A program made the position numbers and the translations under genes. 64,000 bases of DNA from Octopus vulgaris (taxonomy: Eukaryota): the NCBI GenBank assembly GCA_951406725.2, contig OX597832.1:22692001-22756000 (forward strand), read 5' to 3'. The notes below the pieces were generated by a model. That model made no database searches and was not told the origin of the DNA. It worked only from the letters and a program-made list of their open reading frames with translations. Each line of letters opens with the position of its first letter. Position 1 is the first letter of the stretch. This document shows positions 40,380-54,429 of this stretch, piece after piece.

Positions 40380-41142
40380 CAGTAATCCTTCAACTATCGC
40401 GGATGTTGCGTTCCAAGCCTCCTTCCCACCCCCGCAATAAGCGAAATTCCGTGAATTAGGAAAAGTAAAGTAAACTGTTTTTTCATTATTTTTATAACGA
40501 GCAAAATGCCTCCCACCCCGTTCAATGAACAGTGCAGAGTTGTCAAACATTTGAACCAAATTTTCCGACCGTCCCATAGGCCTCCCCTTTGAGAAATACT
40601 AATTTAACCTAAATTTGAGACACCAGCAAAAGAAGAAACTAAGATATACTTTTTTCTATTCAAAAGAAAAACGATTTTACTCACACAAATATGCAACTGA
40701 AGAGTTTAAAGTACCAGTAAAACTCTTGACTGGGAGAACACAAACATGGTTTAAATAGTAAGCATGGCAGGAAAGAAACGTGCCTTTAGGAAGTACAAAA
40801 ACAACAAAAAAATGGAAGGTGCAGTTTTGTACAGGTTAACTGAAGAAAAGCAGGACAAAAACGGCTTTATCGATTGCATTCTCACCTGGAATCGATTTTT
40901 GTAATTTTTTCAAGACTTATACACGCCCTGATACCGTCGGTATCTATATATCAAATTTGAGCACAATTGGATGGAGGATGCCCGAGATCCTAGAAGACAC
41001 AATTACACACACAGAACGGATTTTATATAATAGATTTGTATATATTTATTTAATTATAAATGCAAAACAGCGGCACTGAGGAAGTGACATAAGCTGAAAT
41101 AATAAACCGTGATAGGCGAACTGCGATATGGCGAGGGATTAC
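40380..41142. mobile_element. Tigger/pogo-like MITE with a nested Helitron. A further TIR-like end lies at about 41655-41716
   Basis: Left end CAGTAATCCTTCAACTATCGCGG. Right-end-like sequences are GCGATATGGCGAGGGATTAC (to 41142) and CGATAGTCGAGGGAT (to about 41714). Confidence 0.6.
40498..41034 (-). mobile_element. Non-autonomous Helitron, decayed
   Basis: Minus strand starts A|TCTATTATATAAAA. The other end is a degenerate CTAG next to a GC-richer patch. Confidence 0.5.
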
Positions 41143-41147
41143 ACTTT

Positions 41148-41349
41148 AACTCTTTTACTTGTTTCAGTCATTTGACTGTGGCCATGCTGGAGCACCGCCT
41201 TTATAGTTGAGCAAATCGCCCCCAGGACTTATTCTTTGTAAGCTTAGTTCTTATTGTATCGGTCTGTTTTGCCGAACCGCTAAGTTACAGGGACATAAAC
41301 ACACCAGCATCGGTTGTCAAGCAATGTTGGGGGGACAAACACAGATACA

Positions 41350-41423
<74 letters not shown>

Positions 41424-41426
41424 CGA
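41148..41426 (-). mobile_element. SINE family B, 3' half
   Basis: Tail through to the internal microsatellite. The head is absent. Confidence 0.85.
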
Positions 41427-42635
41427 TGCAACTATACAGCCTTCTATATGTTGCAACTATTCTGCATTCAAAATTTACCTCCTTCTCTGTATAACACACA
41501 AACACAGTAATTCTTCGCCATATTGCCGTTCCCCTATCGTGGCTTATTATTTAAGTTTACGTCGATTCCTCCGTGGTGTTGTTTCGGATTTATAATAAAA
41601 TAAATATGTAAAAATAATTTTAAAAGAATATACAGTACATTACTGTTTCTGCTCCACAGATTTTCACCTACCGCGTGGGGTTTTGGGACGTAGCACTCAC
41701 GATAGTCGAGGGATATTCGTGTGTTTGGGTTTTTTCTGCTTTATCTCCAACACCGCTTGACAACACGTGTTGGTTTGTTTACGTTCCCGTGACCTAGCGC
41801 TTTGACAAAAGAATCGATAGGATAATAGTATTGGGGTGGATTCCGTTTTTCTCCCTAAAACGATTCAAGGCGGTGCCTTATCATGACCGCAGTTTATTGA
41901 CTGAAACAACAAACGGATCTATTTTCGCATTTACGAAAAAATGTACTGTGAACAGTTAGAACGCGGTGGACAAAAGGGTGCTTTGTCATTATCATATATA
42001 ATTGAAACACTGTCGATAACCGAGAATGGGCTTTGGGATTGAAGTTTGGTAAATTGTTGCACGCAATTATAAACAGCGTACGACAATCTCTTATCGTCTT
42101 CACTGCCACCGCCATCATCTAAACCGTGCTATACTTCAAAATGTATTTTAATGAGAGTATAGATTGAAAACACTGCAAGGGAAAGGCGTCCATCTTTAAA
42201 ACCAGCGACAATATGCATTTGTGAACGGTATAGATTGCTTCTTGGTTTTGTTTGCACTGTCTTGTTTTGAATGAGCCTTCGCTAAAGCGATACAGGCTTA
42301 TACATACATAAATACATACATACATACATACATGCATACATACATGCATACATACATACATGTATATATACATACACACATGCATATATATGTGTATATA
42401 TCTATATATGCATTTTTTTTCATTTTTTCTATATGAAATATTCTCTGTGGTCGCGTATATGTATATATATATATATGTATGTATATATATATATGTATGT
42501 ATATATATATATATGTATGCATGTATGTATGTATATATATGTATATATGTATATATATGTATATATGTATATATATATATGTATATATGTGTATATATAT
42601 ATATATGTATGTATATATGTATATATGTATATATG

Positions 42636-42718
<83 letters not shown>

Positions 42719-43499
42719 GACTATAGAGAATATTCATATAGATAAATCTGAAAAAATAAAATCCATGTATTTATCACAAATCGTGTTTAACAGTATTTGT
42801 CATTCGTTACTTAAGCGCATTATAAACAGCTTGTATATACATTAAAAGAAAAAGAAATTATGATAGGCCGGCAACAAGCAGTCAATAAACAACATCATTG
42901 CCGATAAACAATGATTTATTTCCACTTTCCCACCTTCACAAAAGCTTTGGTGGTAGATTGTTTTCTCAAACCCATTAATTCTCGCCCTCAAAACGGTTTG
43001 TCGATAGTTTACATAGCTTTCCACTTCTATATAAATACAGTAATTGCTGTACATGCCACAGACTGATTTAGCGTTAAAATTTCAGCCTCTTTCTTCTTTG
43101 CAACAATCTTCTTTCTAGTTATACCATTTCGACAGATTTTTTTTTTTTTTTAGTTTTATTAGTTAGCGGTGAAATTCTGTAGTACATGTCTTTTTTGTGT
43201 ACCAATTTTAAGAAAAAAAAAGAATTCTCATTAATTTTTCATCATTAATTTCATTTTGTTGACTCAGGCATTAGATTGTGGCCATGCTGGAGCACCACTT
43301 TGAAAGGTTTTATTCAAACAATTACAACCCGATACTTATTTTACCAAAGCCGTTTATTTATTTATTGTAAAGATCGCTTTTAACGAATTGATAAATTACA
43401 AGGATTGAAGAAAAGTACACCGGTTATCAAAAGGTGGTGGCTGGAAGGAAACACAACTACAATCATATATATATATATACATGTACACTAATGTATATT

Positions 43500-43815
43500 T
43501 AAAGGGCTAAAAACCACTATGTGGTCAGCCATATGCTAGAAGTAGATCACCTACGATCAAACTACAAAGAAAAGAATGTTCTCTAGAGAAAAACACAGCG
43601 GACACCAGAACAATACGCGGGCAAGCCAGATGAAAATTATATAAAAAAACAAGAATTAATTGCAAACCGGCGGTTTCGCCTATTAATGAATAAATCACTT
43701 ACGTAATCCTTCGTCCGTAGGACTCGTCAGTACGATCGTTCCACAAGCAATATAATTTGTAAAACTAACCACCAGTTTCCCGTATAAAAACAGACACGTG
43801 CTTAGTTCCACCGAT
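43500..43815 (-). mobile_element. Penelope-like end fragment related to the 12399-12672 palindrome arms
   Basis: Shares AAACCACTATGTGG..TATGCTA..TAGATC..AATGTTCT with 12413-12480 and contains a hammerhead. Confidence 0.6.
43657..43737 (-). ncRNA. Type I hammerhead ribozyme motif with a large stem II insert
   Basis: GAUCGUA CUGACGA GUCCUA...UAGGC GAAAC CGCCG GUU UGCAAUU: intact core, near-palindromic stem III, imperfect stem I. Confidence 0.65.
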
Positions 43816-43897
43816 TACATTAGGGTTAATTTCAAATGTCTGAGTTCTGGCGCGCTAAATTCTGGAAACAAAATCTGCAGTAAATAATTTATGCATA

Positions 43898-43965
<68 letters not shown>

Positions 43966-44326
43966 TGTGTGTGTGTTTCAATCCAACAGTATGTTTGAAT
44001 CCTCAATAATTATCACTTTTATAGATGTAATAAACGATATATCGTTAAATCTCTTCAGGAAAATTAAGTATTTTTCTGTCTTGAGTTATGAAATGATTTA
44101 TTTCAAGACTATGTTTAGGAATTTTAAAATGTAAACAAACTACTTATTAGGACGCAGATTTAATGTGATTAGAAATTTATCGTTTAAAATTTAAGCTAAT
44201 TTTGGACATTAAAATTCTGCTAAAACATCAGATTTATTTGGAAATTATATCTGTAACTATATTTACATTTAAATTTAAATTTATTAGTTTTTAAAGGTTT
44301 CTGTGAGGGAAATGGTAGAAAAATGC

Positions 44327-44389
<63 letters not shown>

Positions 44390-44614
44390 ATATATATATA
44401 TATATATATATACATACATGTATATTCGATTAGAGGTTGTGGTAACCTCATGCAAGGATGGTTTCTTCCAACGAAATACTGGTTCAATAACTAGTATTTT
44501 GAGAGAATTAATTTCTTAAAATGATAGGTATACATATAAAAAAAACTCACATATAGTTTATATTCATATAAAAGAAGAAAAAGAAAATGGAGATTGGGAA
44601 ATTAATCTCCATTT

Positions 44615-44656
<42 letters not shown>

Positions 44657-44659
44657 TAG

Positions 44660-44706
<47 letters not shown>

Positions 44707-44737
44707 GAGATAGATAGATAGATAGATAGATAGAGAA

Positions 44738-44792
<55 letters not shown>

Positions 44793-45310
44793 TTAATGTG
44801 TATACGCTTGTTCCGTCACTCAAATTCACTCACAAATTAGTACTCGCCCCGAGTATATAGTAGAGGACAGTAATCCAAGTTGCCGTGCTGTGGGAGTGAA
44901 CCCAAAACCACATGATCCCAAACCGATATTCTTAAGCACGTGACCATGAGTAATATACTACATAAAAGTATCTCAGTAACGTTTCTTTTGTTGTTGATAT
45001 TTATTCATACCTGTAAGCATTTTTTCCGTATCTCGGAAGGTTCTTTATACAGAGCTAAAGTTTGTATAAGCACAGTCTACCCCGAGTTCGAATTGATAAA
45101 TCTAAGGAAATAAACAATTTCAATGTAATTTGGAACGGTCATTGAGTCAGTAATAAACACACACACACACACACACACACTGGTTCAATTTCACTTCATC
45201 ATTTTTATTTGTCAACTGGATAGTCATTTATCCAAAGTGTGTAAAGCTTAGCAATTTATGGACGCAAAACCCAAGATGCCCCTATGAACAGGCCATATTT
45301 AACATTCTAC

Positions 45311-45381
<71 letters not shown>

Positions 45382-45725
45382 CAGATAGTTAGATAGATAA
45401 ATAGATAGATAGATAGAGAAGTACTTCAATCTCTGTCTCTCTCTCCCCAATTTCCTCTCTCTTTCTCCCCTCTTTATCTCTTGATATATATATATATCTG
45501 TCTACGAACACATATACATACACATAACTACGAATATACATACTCATCTGAGCTCCTACGCACTCTGTCAATCATTAAGTAAATTAATACACATTCGAGT
45601 ACATCTCCGAAAGATCTATGGGGTTATATCGTGGGATGATTACGAAACTTAATATCCATGTGTTAATTCATACACTAGCTACACCAAGGTATACATCCAT
45701 GTATAGAATTACACTCACACGCACG

Positions 45726-45804
<79 letters not shown>

Positions 45805-45819
45805 GTATACATATATATG

Positions 45820-45850
<31 letters not shown>

Positions 45851-46441
45851 GTATATATATATATGTATATATATCATTTCATTCTCATTTCATCTAATTT
45901 CAGCTCACGTGCTGTGGCCATGCTGGGGCACCGCCGTTAAAATGATGAACCTTAATCGATTTTCGAACCTTATTGTGTTCTCATCAGAGGCGTCCAGATC
46001 ATTTTGACAATCTCTCTATGTATATGACAATCTCTATGTATTTGACAATCTCTCTACATATAAAGCTATAGATAGACACATACATACATACAGGCAGACA
46101 GTCAGACAGAAAGACAGATAGACAAATGAAATGTACGTACATATATATTTATTTATTAATCTCCAAACGCACATAAAACTTTGGTGACCGTATAAGCGTA
46201 GCAATACAGAAATAGGTTAATATCTGTTACAGAAAAAAATATATATTTAATTCATGGTGTCCCTAAAAAGGTCACTAATATGTTCCGGCAATGGGATTTA
46301 CCATTTCAACAGGTTCTGAGAAAACGGTGAATTAAATATACTTATTCTCTCTTTGCACACACAGACTTTCTCACACATGCACACACACTTATACACTGAC
46401 ATACATTTATATCAGCACGCGCACACACTGACACAAAGCAT

Positions 46442-46490
<49 letters not shown>

Positions 46491-46619
46491 CATATATATG
46501 TATGTATATATGTACATATATATCTATATATACGTATACATATGTAAATATGTATCTATCTATACGTATATGTATCGATATATACGTGTATATATATACA
46601 TATATATATATATGTATAC

Positions 46620-46690
<71 letters not shown>

Positions 46691-46749
46691 TATTTATATA
46701 TGTTTGTATATATATATATGCATATTTATATATGTTTGTATATATACCA

Positions 46750-47079
46750 GACAGGAGTGGCTGTGTGGTAAGTAGCTTGCTAACCAGCCACATGGTTCCG
46801 GGTTCAGTCCCACTGCGTGGCATCTTGGGCAAGTGTCTTCTGCTATAGCCCCGGGTTGACCAATGCCTTGTGAGTGGATTTGGCAGACGGAAACTGAAAG
46901 AAGCCTGTCGTATATATGTATATATATATTTATGTGTGTATGTGTGTGTATGTTTGTGTGTCTGTGTTTGTCCTCGTAGCATTGCTTGACAACCGATGCT
47001 GGTGTGTTTACGTCCCCGTCACTTAGCGGTTCGGCAAAAGAGACCGATAGAATAAGTACTGGGCTTACAAAGAATAAGT
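46750..47079 (+). mobile_element. SINE family B, 3'-truncated at the junction with another element
   Basis: CAGGAGTGGCTGTGTGGTAAG head through ACAAAGAATAAGT. Confidence 0.9.
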
Positions 47080-47700
47080 TGAACACAATGAGAAACAAAA
47101 ACATAGAAACGAACTTTTCTAAACAAACGGAGAAACGAGACATACGACACAAAAAAATATTCCCCTTCTTCAGTTGTCCCTGTTTCACCTACTCCGCATT
47201 ACGAGGACAAGGACAATACGCGACTTCGTTGAAACAGTCCTTCCCGCAAAGCAAATTAAAAAAAAAAAATGCGTTATTTTGCGGAGGGTGAAAATAGTAA
47301 CAAGAACAGGACAGTGAGAACAAAACAGTAAAAACAAACGGTGAGGGCTGTTATGACAAGACGATAGAAAAATTATTATGAACGCTAGGAAGACGAGCTT
47401 ATGAACGGAGACTGTATAGGCACGTTTTGTCTTTAGGAAAGTAGTGGGCAAAAAAGATAGATTCTTTTTCGTCACTTCTCAGCGACGAGGGAGTCGAGTA
47501 GGAGGAGTGAGAGAGAGAGAACGGTGAAGAGGAGAGGAGAAGAGTGGGGTCAGGGTGGGAGAGAGAAAACATGAAGGGATGAAGAACAAGAGATTGAGAG
47601 ATATAATGAAAGAAGAGATAGTAGAGATAGAAGAGTGCGCATTGTAATAAGATAAAACTTCCTTGGAAAAAGATGCGTGGCGTTCGATCATATAATAATA
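47080..47700 (-). mobile_element. Unclassified microsatellite-associated element (family of 38180-38748). Its terminus is repeated at about 47810-47875
   Basis: AAGTTGAACACAATGAGAAAC occurs at about 47076 and about 47827. Confidence 0.6.
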
Positions 47701-47747
47701 TAGATAAAATCTAAATATATGCATATATACATACATATATGTACATA

Positions 47748-47791
<44 letters not shown>

Positions 47792-47957
47792 TATATATAT
47801 ATGCATATATAGGTACAGGACATAAAAAGTTGAACACAATGAGAAACTTAAACATAAAAACAAAAACATAGAAAACCGCCACTCCTACGCCTATGTATAT
47901 ATGATCTATACACATATATGTAAATATGAATGTGTATGTATACATATATATATATTC

Positions 47958-48037
<80 letters not shown>

Positions 48038-48973
48038 TACACATTGATCTTAGCCTATATATAGAAATTGTGTGTATCCCTATACAATAATACATACACA
48101 CATATACATACATGTTTGTGTGTGTTTATAATTCTGCATGCAGTTTGCAGTTTGCATTGCAAGGCCTTTTCTCGCTCTCTAAACCACTCTCTATCATTGT
48201 TTCTCTCTCATTCTCTCTCTCCATCTCTTTTTCTTAGCTGTGATATAAATCGTTCTTCTCATCTTAGGATACATGAAGTTCGTATGATATATCGTACTAT
48301 TGACAGGACAGAGTATCATATTTATGCTGTTTGTTACGAATTATGTCAGGTCGCATGAAACTGGTTTCAGTTTTTATGGCTGTCATCAGATTTTAATTTA
48401 CATTACTTAATTTTATTTACTGCATTATTCAAAAGATATTGATAAAACATCAAATGTGTATTATAATCTCAAAGCTTTAAGCAAAGATAAATAAAATACA
48501 CAAGAATTTATCGTGTGACCTTTCAGTAACATTCCACGCATGAGCATGTAGAATGATAACTTTGAGTAAAGTATGCATAAAAAGACAACAAACTAAATAC
48601 CTTTTTTCTGATTTCGAAATGCCAACACAGAAGATAAAACACCACGTAACAGACATCAAAGGAGTAAACTTTGGTGCTATAAACACGTAATTAGTTTATT
48701 TTGTATGAGATTTTATGGATCTCTTACGTAAAGAAGGCGCTGACTCCTGTTTGAAATAATATGCGACATTTGTAAGAAACAAGTTGTATTAAGAAAAACT
48801 GATATGCTGACATACAATCGGTAAGTTTAAATTGTATCTATGAACTTTCATACATTCCTTGCCTCGTGGTGTTAAGATTCTCTCACATTTTTTCATCTAT
48901 CTAGCTAGCTAGGTAGCTAGCTTTTCCTTTCTATCCCAATCTCTCTCTCTCTCTCTCTCCCTCTGTATATATA

Positions 48974-49368
48974 TCTTTATATATAAAAGTGAAGATGTGT
49001 GTCTGTCTCCTACGATTTAGATTCCTAACTACTCCCACTTTTTGCGGTGCAGTGTAACCAAAAGCGGGTATCTTATAGTCGTGATTCATATCGAGCCCTT
49101 CTGGGTATTAGCGTGAGTCTACGATGAGTCTACGATTTAAAAAAAAATTTACCATCATTCTTTCCCATTTTTAATGCATTTGTTTGCTATTATATAAGGG
49201 AAGTAACTCTCTAAAAATGTATTATTAAATCTCAGAACGTAAAAAGCTACAGTAACACCCCACTTTGTGGTTTGCCATATTGAGATGGCTATTATACTTT
49301 ACATCTCTAAAAATGCTTATATAGTTATTTCCCTTACAAATCCGAGCAACGCCGGGAGATACTGCTAG
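48974..49368 (+). mobile_element. Non-autonomous Helitron
   Basis: A|TC start (TCTTTATATATAAAA), subterminal hairpin CCGAGCAACGCCGG (49342-49355), CTAG|T end, no TSD. Confidence 0.85.
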
Positions 49369-49614
49369 TATATATATATTAGAAGAAATGAGGTACTCAG
49401 AAAATCGGATGGTTTATATTTACAGATATTTATTTGCATATTACATTTTTATATATCATATAACTTAGATCATGTATTAGCGCTTTCTCCCATTCTAGTG
49501 GGGTTTTCAAATTAAACTAAGTTCCTGTGTGAGGAGTTTTGACCATTTTATAGTGGTATTGAGTTTGTAGTGGTGGGGAGGAATATAAGACAGTACAAGA
49601 GGGTGATGGATGAT

Positions 49615-49655
<41 letters not shown>

Positions 49656-49656
<1 letters not shown>

Positions 49657-49860
49657 GTGGGGAAGTCAAAAGTTATCCGCATCTTCGCCATTAAAATATA
49701 TTTAATACTGTCACTCTACCTTCTGTTCATGCGTGCATATAGTTGTTACTATTGTGGTCACGTGATCGAAGTTTGATGCGGATTGCGCCATTTTTCTGGT
49801 TTTAAACTGTAAGCATGACCGCTTCACTACCAATGTGCATCAAAGAAGAACAAGCAGAGT
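49656..49860 (+). mobile_element. Mariner 5' fragment
   Basis: TA|CGTGGGGAAGTCAAAAGTTATCCG TIR-like start. The peptide MTASLPMCIKEEQ resembles mariner transposase starts. Confidence 0.6.
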
Positions 49861-50083
49861 ATATGAAACAAAACTCAGCTTGTCCAAACGCAGGGGAGAA
49901 GGGAAATGACACGGTGTCTTCTCCGTATAAGAGTTATAACAAATAACCTATATATAGACTTTGCAAGGTGTTGAACGTATGTTTGGCCACGACAGAATCT
50001 TACTATGATTCTGTCTCGGTCAGTCTTCCTTGTGTTGTATAGCACAACACAGACTCATTTTCCTAATGGTGTGTGAGTCTTTA

Positions 50084-50141
<58 letters not shown>

Positions 50142-50297
50142 GTAAGCATATTTTCTTCTTCTATGCTGAAATTATCAAGTGAGGCTGCGAAACGGCCGTA
50201 ATCCTAAGGATGTCAAGTAGCTAAACGCATAGATTCATCTCTCAAAACACCTGACATTTTATAGTACATACATATACAAACATACATGCACACACAC

Positions 50298-50363
<66 letters not shown>

Positions 50364-50914
50364 ATATATGTATGTATGTATTATGTATGTATGTATGTAT
50401 GTATGTATGTATGTATGTATGTATGAATGTATGTATGTATGTATTGACCAGTGTCGGTTAGTTTACGTCCCCGTAAATTCATGTTTCAGCGAATTTGTAC
50501 AATAGAATAATTACCAGAACAAATCATAAAATAAACACTAGAGTTGATTTGTCCGGCTAAACCCTTGAAGAAGGTACTCAAGGACGGCCATAGTCTGTTG
50601 AGCGAAACACCTGAAACGAATAGCAATTATTGAATAGTTAAACACATTTCTTACAATACAAATCAATTGACATATGTAATAACGATACCATAAATTATAC
50701 ATGGTGTATGTAGTAGTAATTTAATAAATATTTTCCATGGTTGTGAGTATTGACAGAACGTCTATATTTGGGATATCAATATGATATTATAGATATGATG
50801 GATATTATATTTACTACTACACAAATAAAGCCATAACGCCCACTGATATTCAGTTCTCAACCTATTAGTTACTCTCTCTCACACACACATACATATATAC
50901 CTTTTACTCTTGTT

Positions 50915-51254
50915 ATTCTTTTACTTGTTTCACTCATTTGACTTATTCTTCGGAAGCCTAGTACTTATTCTATCGGTCTCCTTTGTCGAACCGCTAAGTT
51001 ACGGGAACATAAACACACCACCGTAGCGATGTTAGGGGGACAAACACAAACACACAAACATATACACGCATATACCTATATATACATATATACGACGGGC
51101 TTCTTTCAGTTTCTGTTTACCAAATCCACTCACAAGGCTTTGATCGGCCCGAGGCTATAGTAGAAGACACTTGCCGAAGGTGCCACGCAGTGGGAATCAA
51201 CCCGGAATCATGTGGTTGCTAAGCGGGTTACTTACCAAACAGCCACTCCTGCAC
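50915..51254 (-). mobile_element. SINE family B with an internal deletion in the tail
   Basis: Matches family B but lacks the CGGCCATGCTGG...CCCAG segment. Confidence 0.85.
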
Positions 51255-51372
51255 CAATATATCTGTATGTTTGTATGTATATATATATATATATATATGT
51301 GTGTGTACCTACATATGTATATATGTGCGTATATATATGCATATATATGTGCGTATATATGTACAAGTATGC

Positions 51373-51422
<50 letters not shown>

Positions 51423-51746
51423 GTATATATATGCGTGTGTGTATATACATACATATATGTATATATATATAATTATATATACAATACTACACTAGTACAC
51501 GATAACAATCCCCAAATCTTTAAAACGTTTTTATTCAGAAAAAAAAGAGAAAAAATTTTGAAATATAAAACAATAAATTAAATATACATTTTGTTCCACT
51601 TCACTTAGTTTAACATCGAACAGATTCTCCCTTAATGGTAGATCACTACCAGAAGCAAACCATATGTTCCCTAAACTGATATTATATTATATTATACTAT
51701 ATCGTATTATATTATATTATATTATAATATAATTATATGCGGTGAT

Positions 51747-52183
51747 ATGCGGTGATATACATCTGGAAAATCTTGGAGGGTCTTGTCCTAAACTTTGGCA
51801 TTCAAAGTTACCCCAACCGCAGAACAGGGCGCTGCTGCATGGTGCCAAGGATTCCAACATCACCATCAAAATACAGGTCCAGATACTGCAACAGCTTGGG
51901 TTTCAGAGGACCACAGCTCTTTAACATCCTCCCTAAATGCCTGAGAGACTTACATGGTGTGGATGTGGATTTCTTTAAAACTAAACTGGATCTCTTCTTG
52001 ACGGGAGTCCCAGATGAACCTACCTCACGACAGGAGACGCGGATGCGAGCAGCAGCATCGAACTCCCTTGTTGATCAAGTGCCACGTATCAGAGGTGGAT
52101 TCACAAATTAGTGTAGCTCATTCAGCGGTGGTGCCCCAGCATGGCCGCGGCCTTCGGGCTAAAACACTTTTTTTTTTTTTTTT
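51747..52183 (+). mobile_element. 5'-truncated CR1-group LINE (RT C-terminus and 3' UTR)
   Basis: IYIWKILEGLV...RRTGRCC...RGPQLFNILPKCLRD...FKTKLDLFLTGVPDEP...AASNSL. The 3' UTR GGTGGTGCCCCAGCATGGCCGC matches the SINE B tail. Confidence 0.85.
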
Positions 52184-52442
52184 AAGGATTTATATGATAT
52201 GTGTGTGCATGTGTATACTTGTGATCGTCAGTGTGTCACAGACGTTGTTTTTGTTTAAAGGTTTCTGGGAATATAGACATAATTAATAGCGACATTTTGA
52301 ATGCAATCTATTCTTAGCATAAACTGATAGAAACAAAAAAAAAACATGCAATTAGATTCATAGATCGAGAATATAGACTTGTCCCTTGTATCTTCTTTAT
52401 AATCGCTCTAAATATAAATATCTATATGTATGTGTGTGCGCG

Positions 52443-52530
<88 letters not shown>

Positions 52531-52790
52531 CGCGCACACACATACATATAGGTATTTATATTTAGAGCGATTATATATATATATATATATATAAACGTAT
52601 ATATACCTATGCATATATACATATATATATATATATATAAATATATATATATATGTATATGATTGTATGTGTGTGTATGGATATATACTCATACAAACAT
52701 ATGCACACACGTATACATACGCATTGCATATGTACACGTAATATGTTTTTTTATATATATTTCTACGTATAAATACATATGTGTGTATGT

Positions 52791-52835
<45 letters not shown>

Positions 52836-52929
52836 CATATATATGTATATATATTAATATGTATATATATATGAGTGATACTGATGAGCCAACAAATACA
52901 CACACTAATATGCAAAGAGAGACACACAC

Positions 52930-52988
<59 letters not shown>

Positions 52989-53650
52989 CACTTTACAATT
53001 GCTAAACAAATCGTAAACAGCTGTTGAGGCAATTAGCTTTATGGCCTGTCTCTTATATTCGTCAAATAACGACTATCTATTATATAAAAAGCAATCTGTG
53101 TATCCTCGCTGTATACTTATATTAACAAAAAAAACTATATCGAAACATTGATATAATATACACGTAAATTGTTTGTTATAGATAACCGTAGCAATTGACA
53201 AAGTATATGGAAAACGTGGGCAGAATATATACGAAGTTTCATGTCCTTCAATGTACTTTTAAATCGTATCGGTATTATACTGGTAACTACATGATGCAAA
53301 TTATTTAGAAAGTGGTGTGTTTTTATGGTTGCTTCTCATTGTTAAATGTAATCATAATTTAGAAGGATAGTGCTACGAATTATGTCCATGACATTATTTG
53401 GCTGTTACTCAAGGGTAGTGGCATGGCAGATGGTATAGAATATCGGGAAAATTGCGTTATGGTATTTGTTCAGGCTCTTTATGTTTTGTGGCCAAACAGC
53501 GAAGATATTAACTCTACCGTTCATTCCACGGGGATTGGTAAAACATGTAGCAGCTAAATGCTGGGTTGAATGCTGATGTATTCGATTTTTCACTACTGTA
53601 ACATTGCTATTCTTGTGCCAAAATTAGGTGGAATTATTCTGCTTGCTCCA

Positions 53651-54215
53651 AGGCGGCGAGCTGGCAGAATCGTTAGCACGCCGGGCGAAATGCGTAGCTG
53701 TATTTCGTCTGCCGCTACGTTCTGAGTTCAAATTCCGCCGAGGTCTACTTTGCCTTTCATTTTTTCGGGGTCGATAAATTAAGTACCAGTTATGCACTGT
53801 GGTCGATATAATCGACTTAATCCGTTTGTCTGTTCTTGTTTGTCCTCTCCGTGTTTAGCCCCTTGTGGGTAGTAAAGAAATAAGTATTTCGTTTGCCGTT
53901 ACGTTCTGAGTTCAAATTCCGCCGAAGTCGACTTTCGGTGGTCGATAAATTCAGTACCAGTTACGCACAGGGGTCAATGTAATCGACTTAATACCTTTGT
54001 CTGTCATTGTTTGTCTCCTCTATGTTTAGCCCCTTGTATAAAGAAGTAGGTATTTCGTCTGCCGCTACGTTCTGAGTTCAGATTCCGCCGACGTCGACTT
54101 TGCCTTTCATCCTTTCGGGGTCGATAAATTTAGTACCAGTTACGTACTGGGGTCGATCTAATCGACTGGACCCCTCCGCCAAAATTTCTGTTGTTCTGCC
54201 TAGAGAAGCAAAGAA
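53651..54215 (+). mobile_element. SINE family A multimer (head and three units, the last with an alternative 3' end)
   Basis: Units start GTATTTCGT at about 53700, 53884 and 54050. Confidence 0.9.
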
Positions 54216-54309
54216 AAGAACCGTTAGTACACCGGGCAAAATATATATCCGTAAGTTGATGAACAAACCAAATTTGTTTCTCCATTTTCTTATTTGTATT
54301 ATATACATC

Positions 54310-54429
<120 letters not shown>

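Noticed and set aside
46750-46822. tRNA-like A and B boxes (also near 17925 and 58120-58190)
   Set aside because: SINE heads without a complete cloverleaf, so not tRNA genes.
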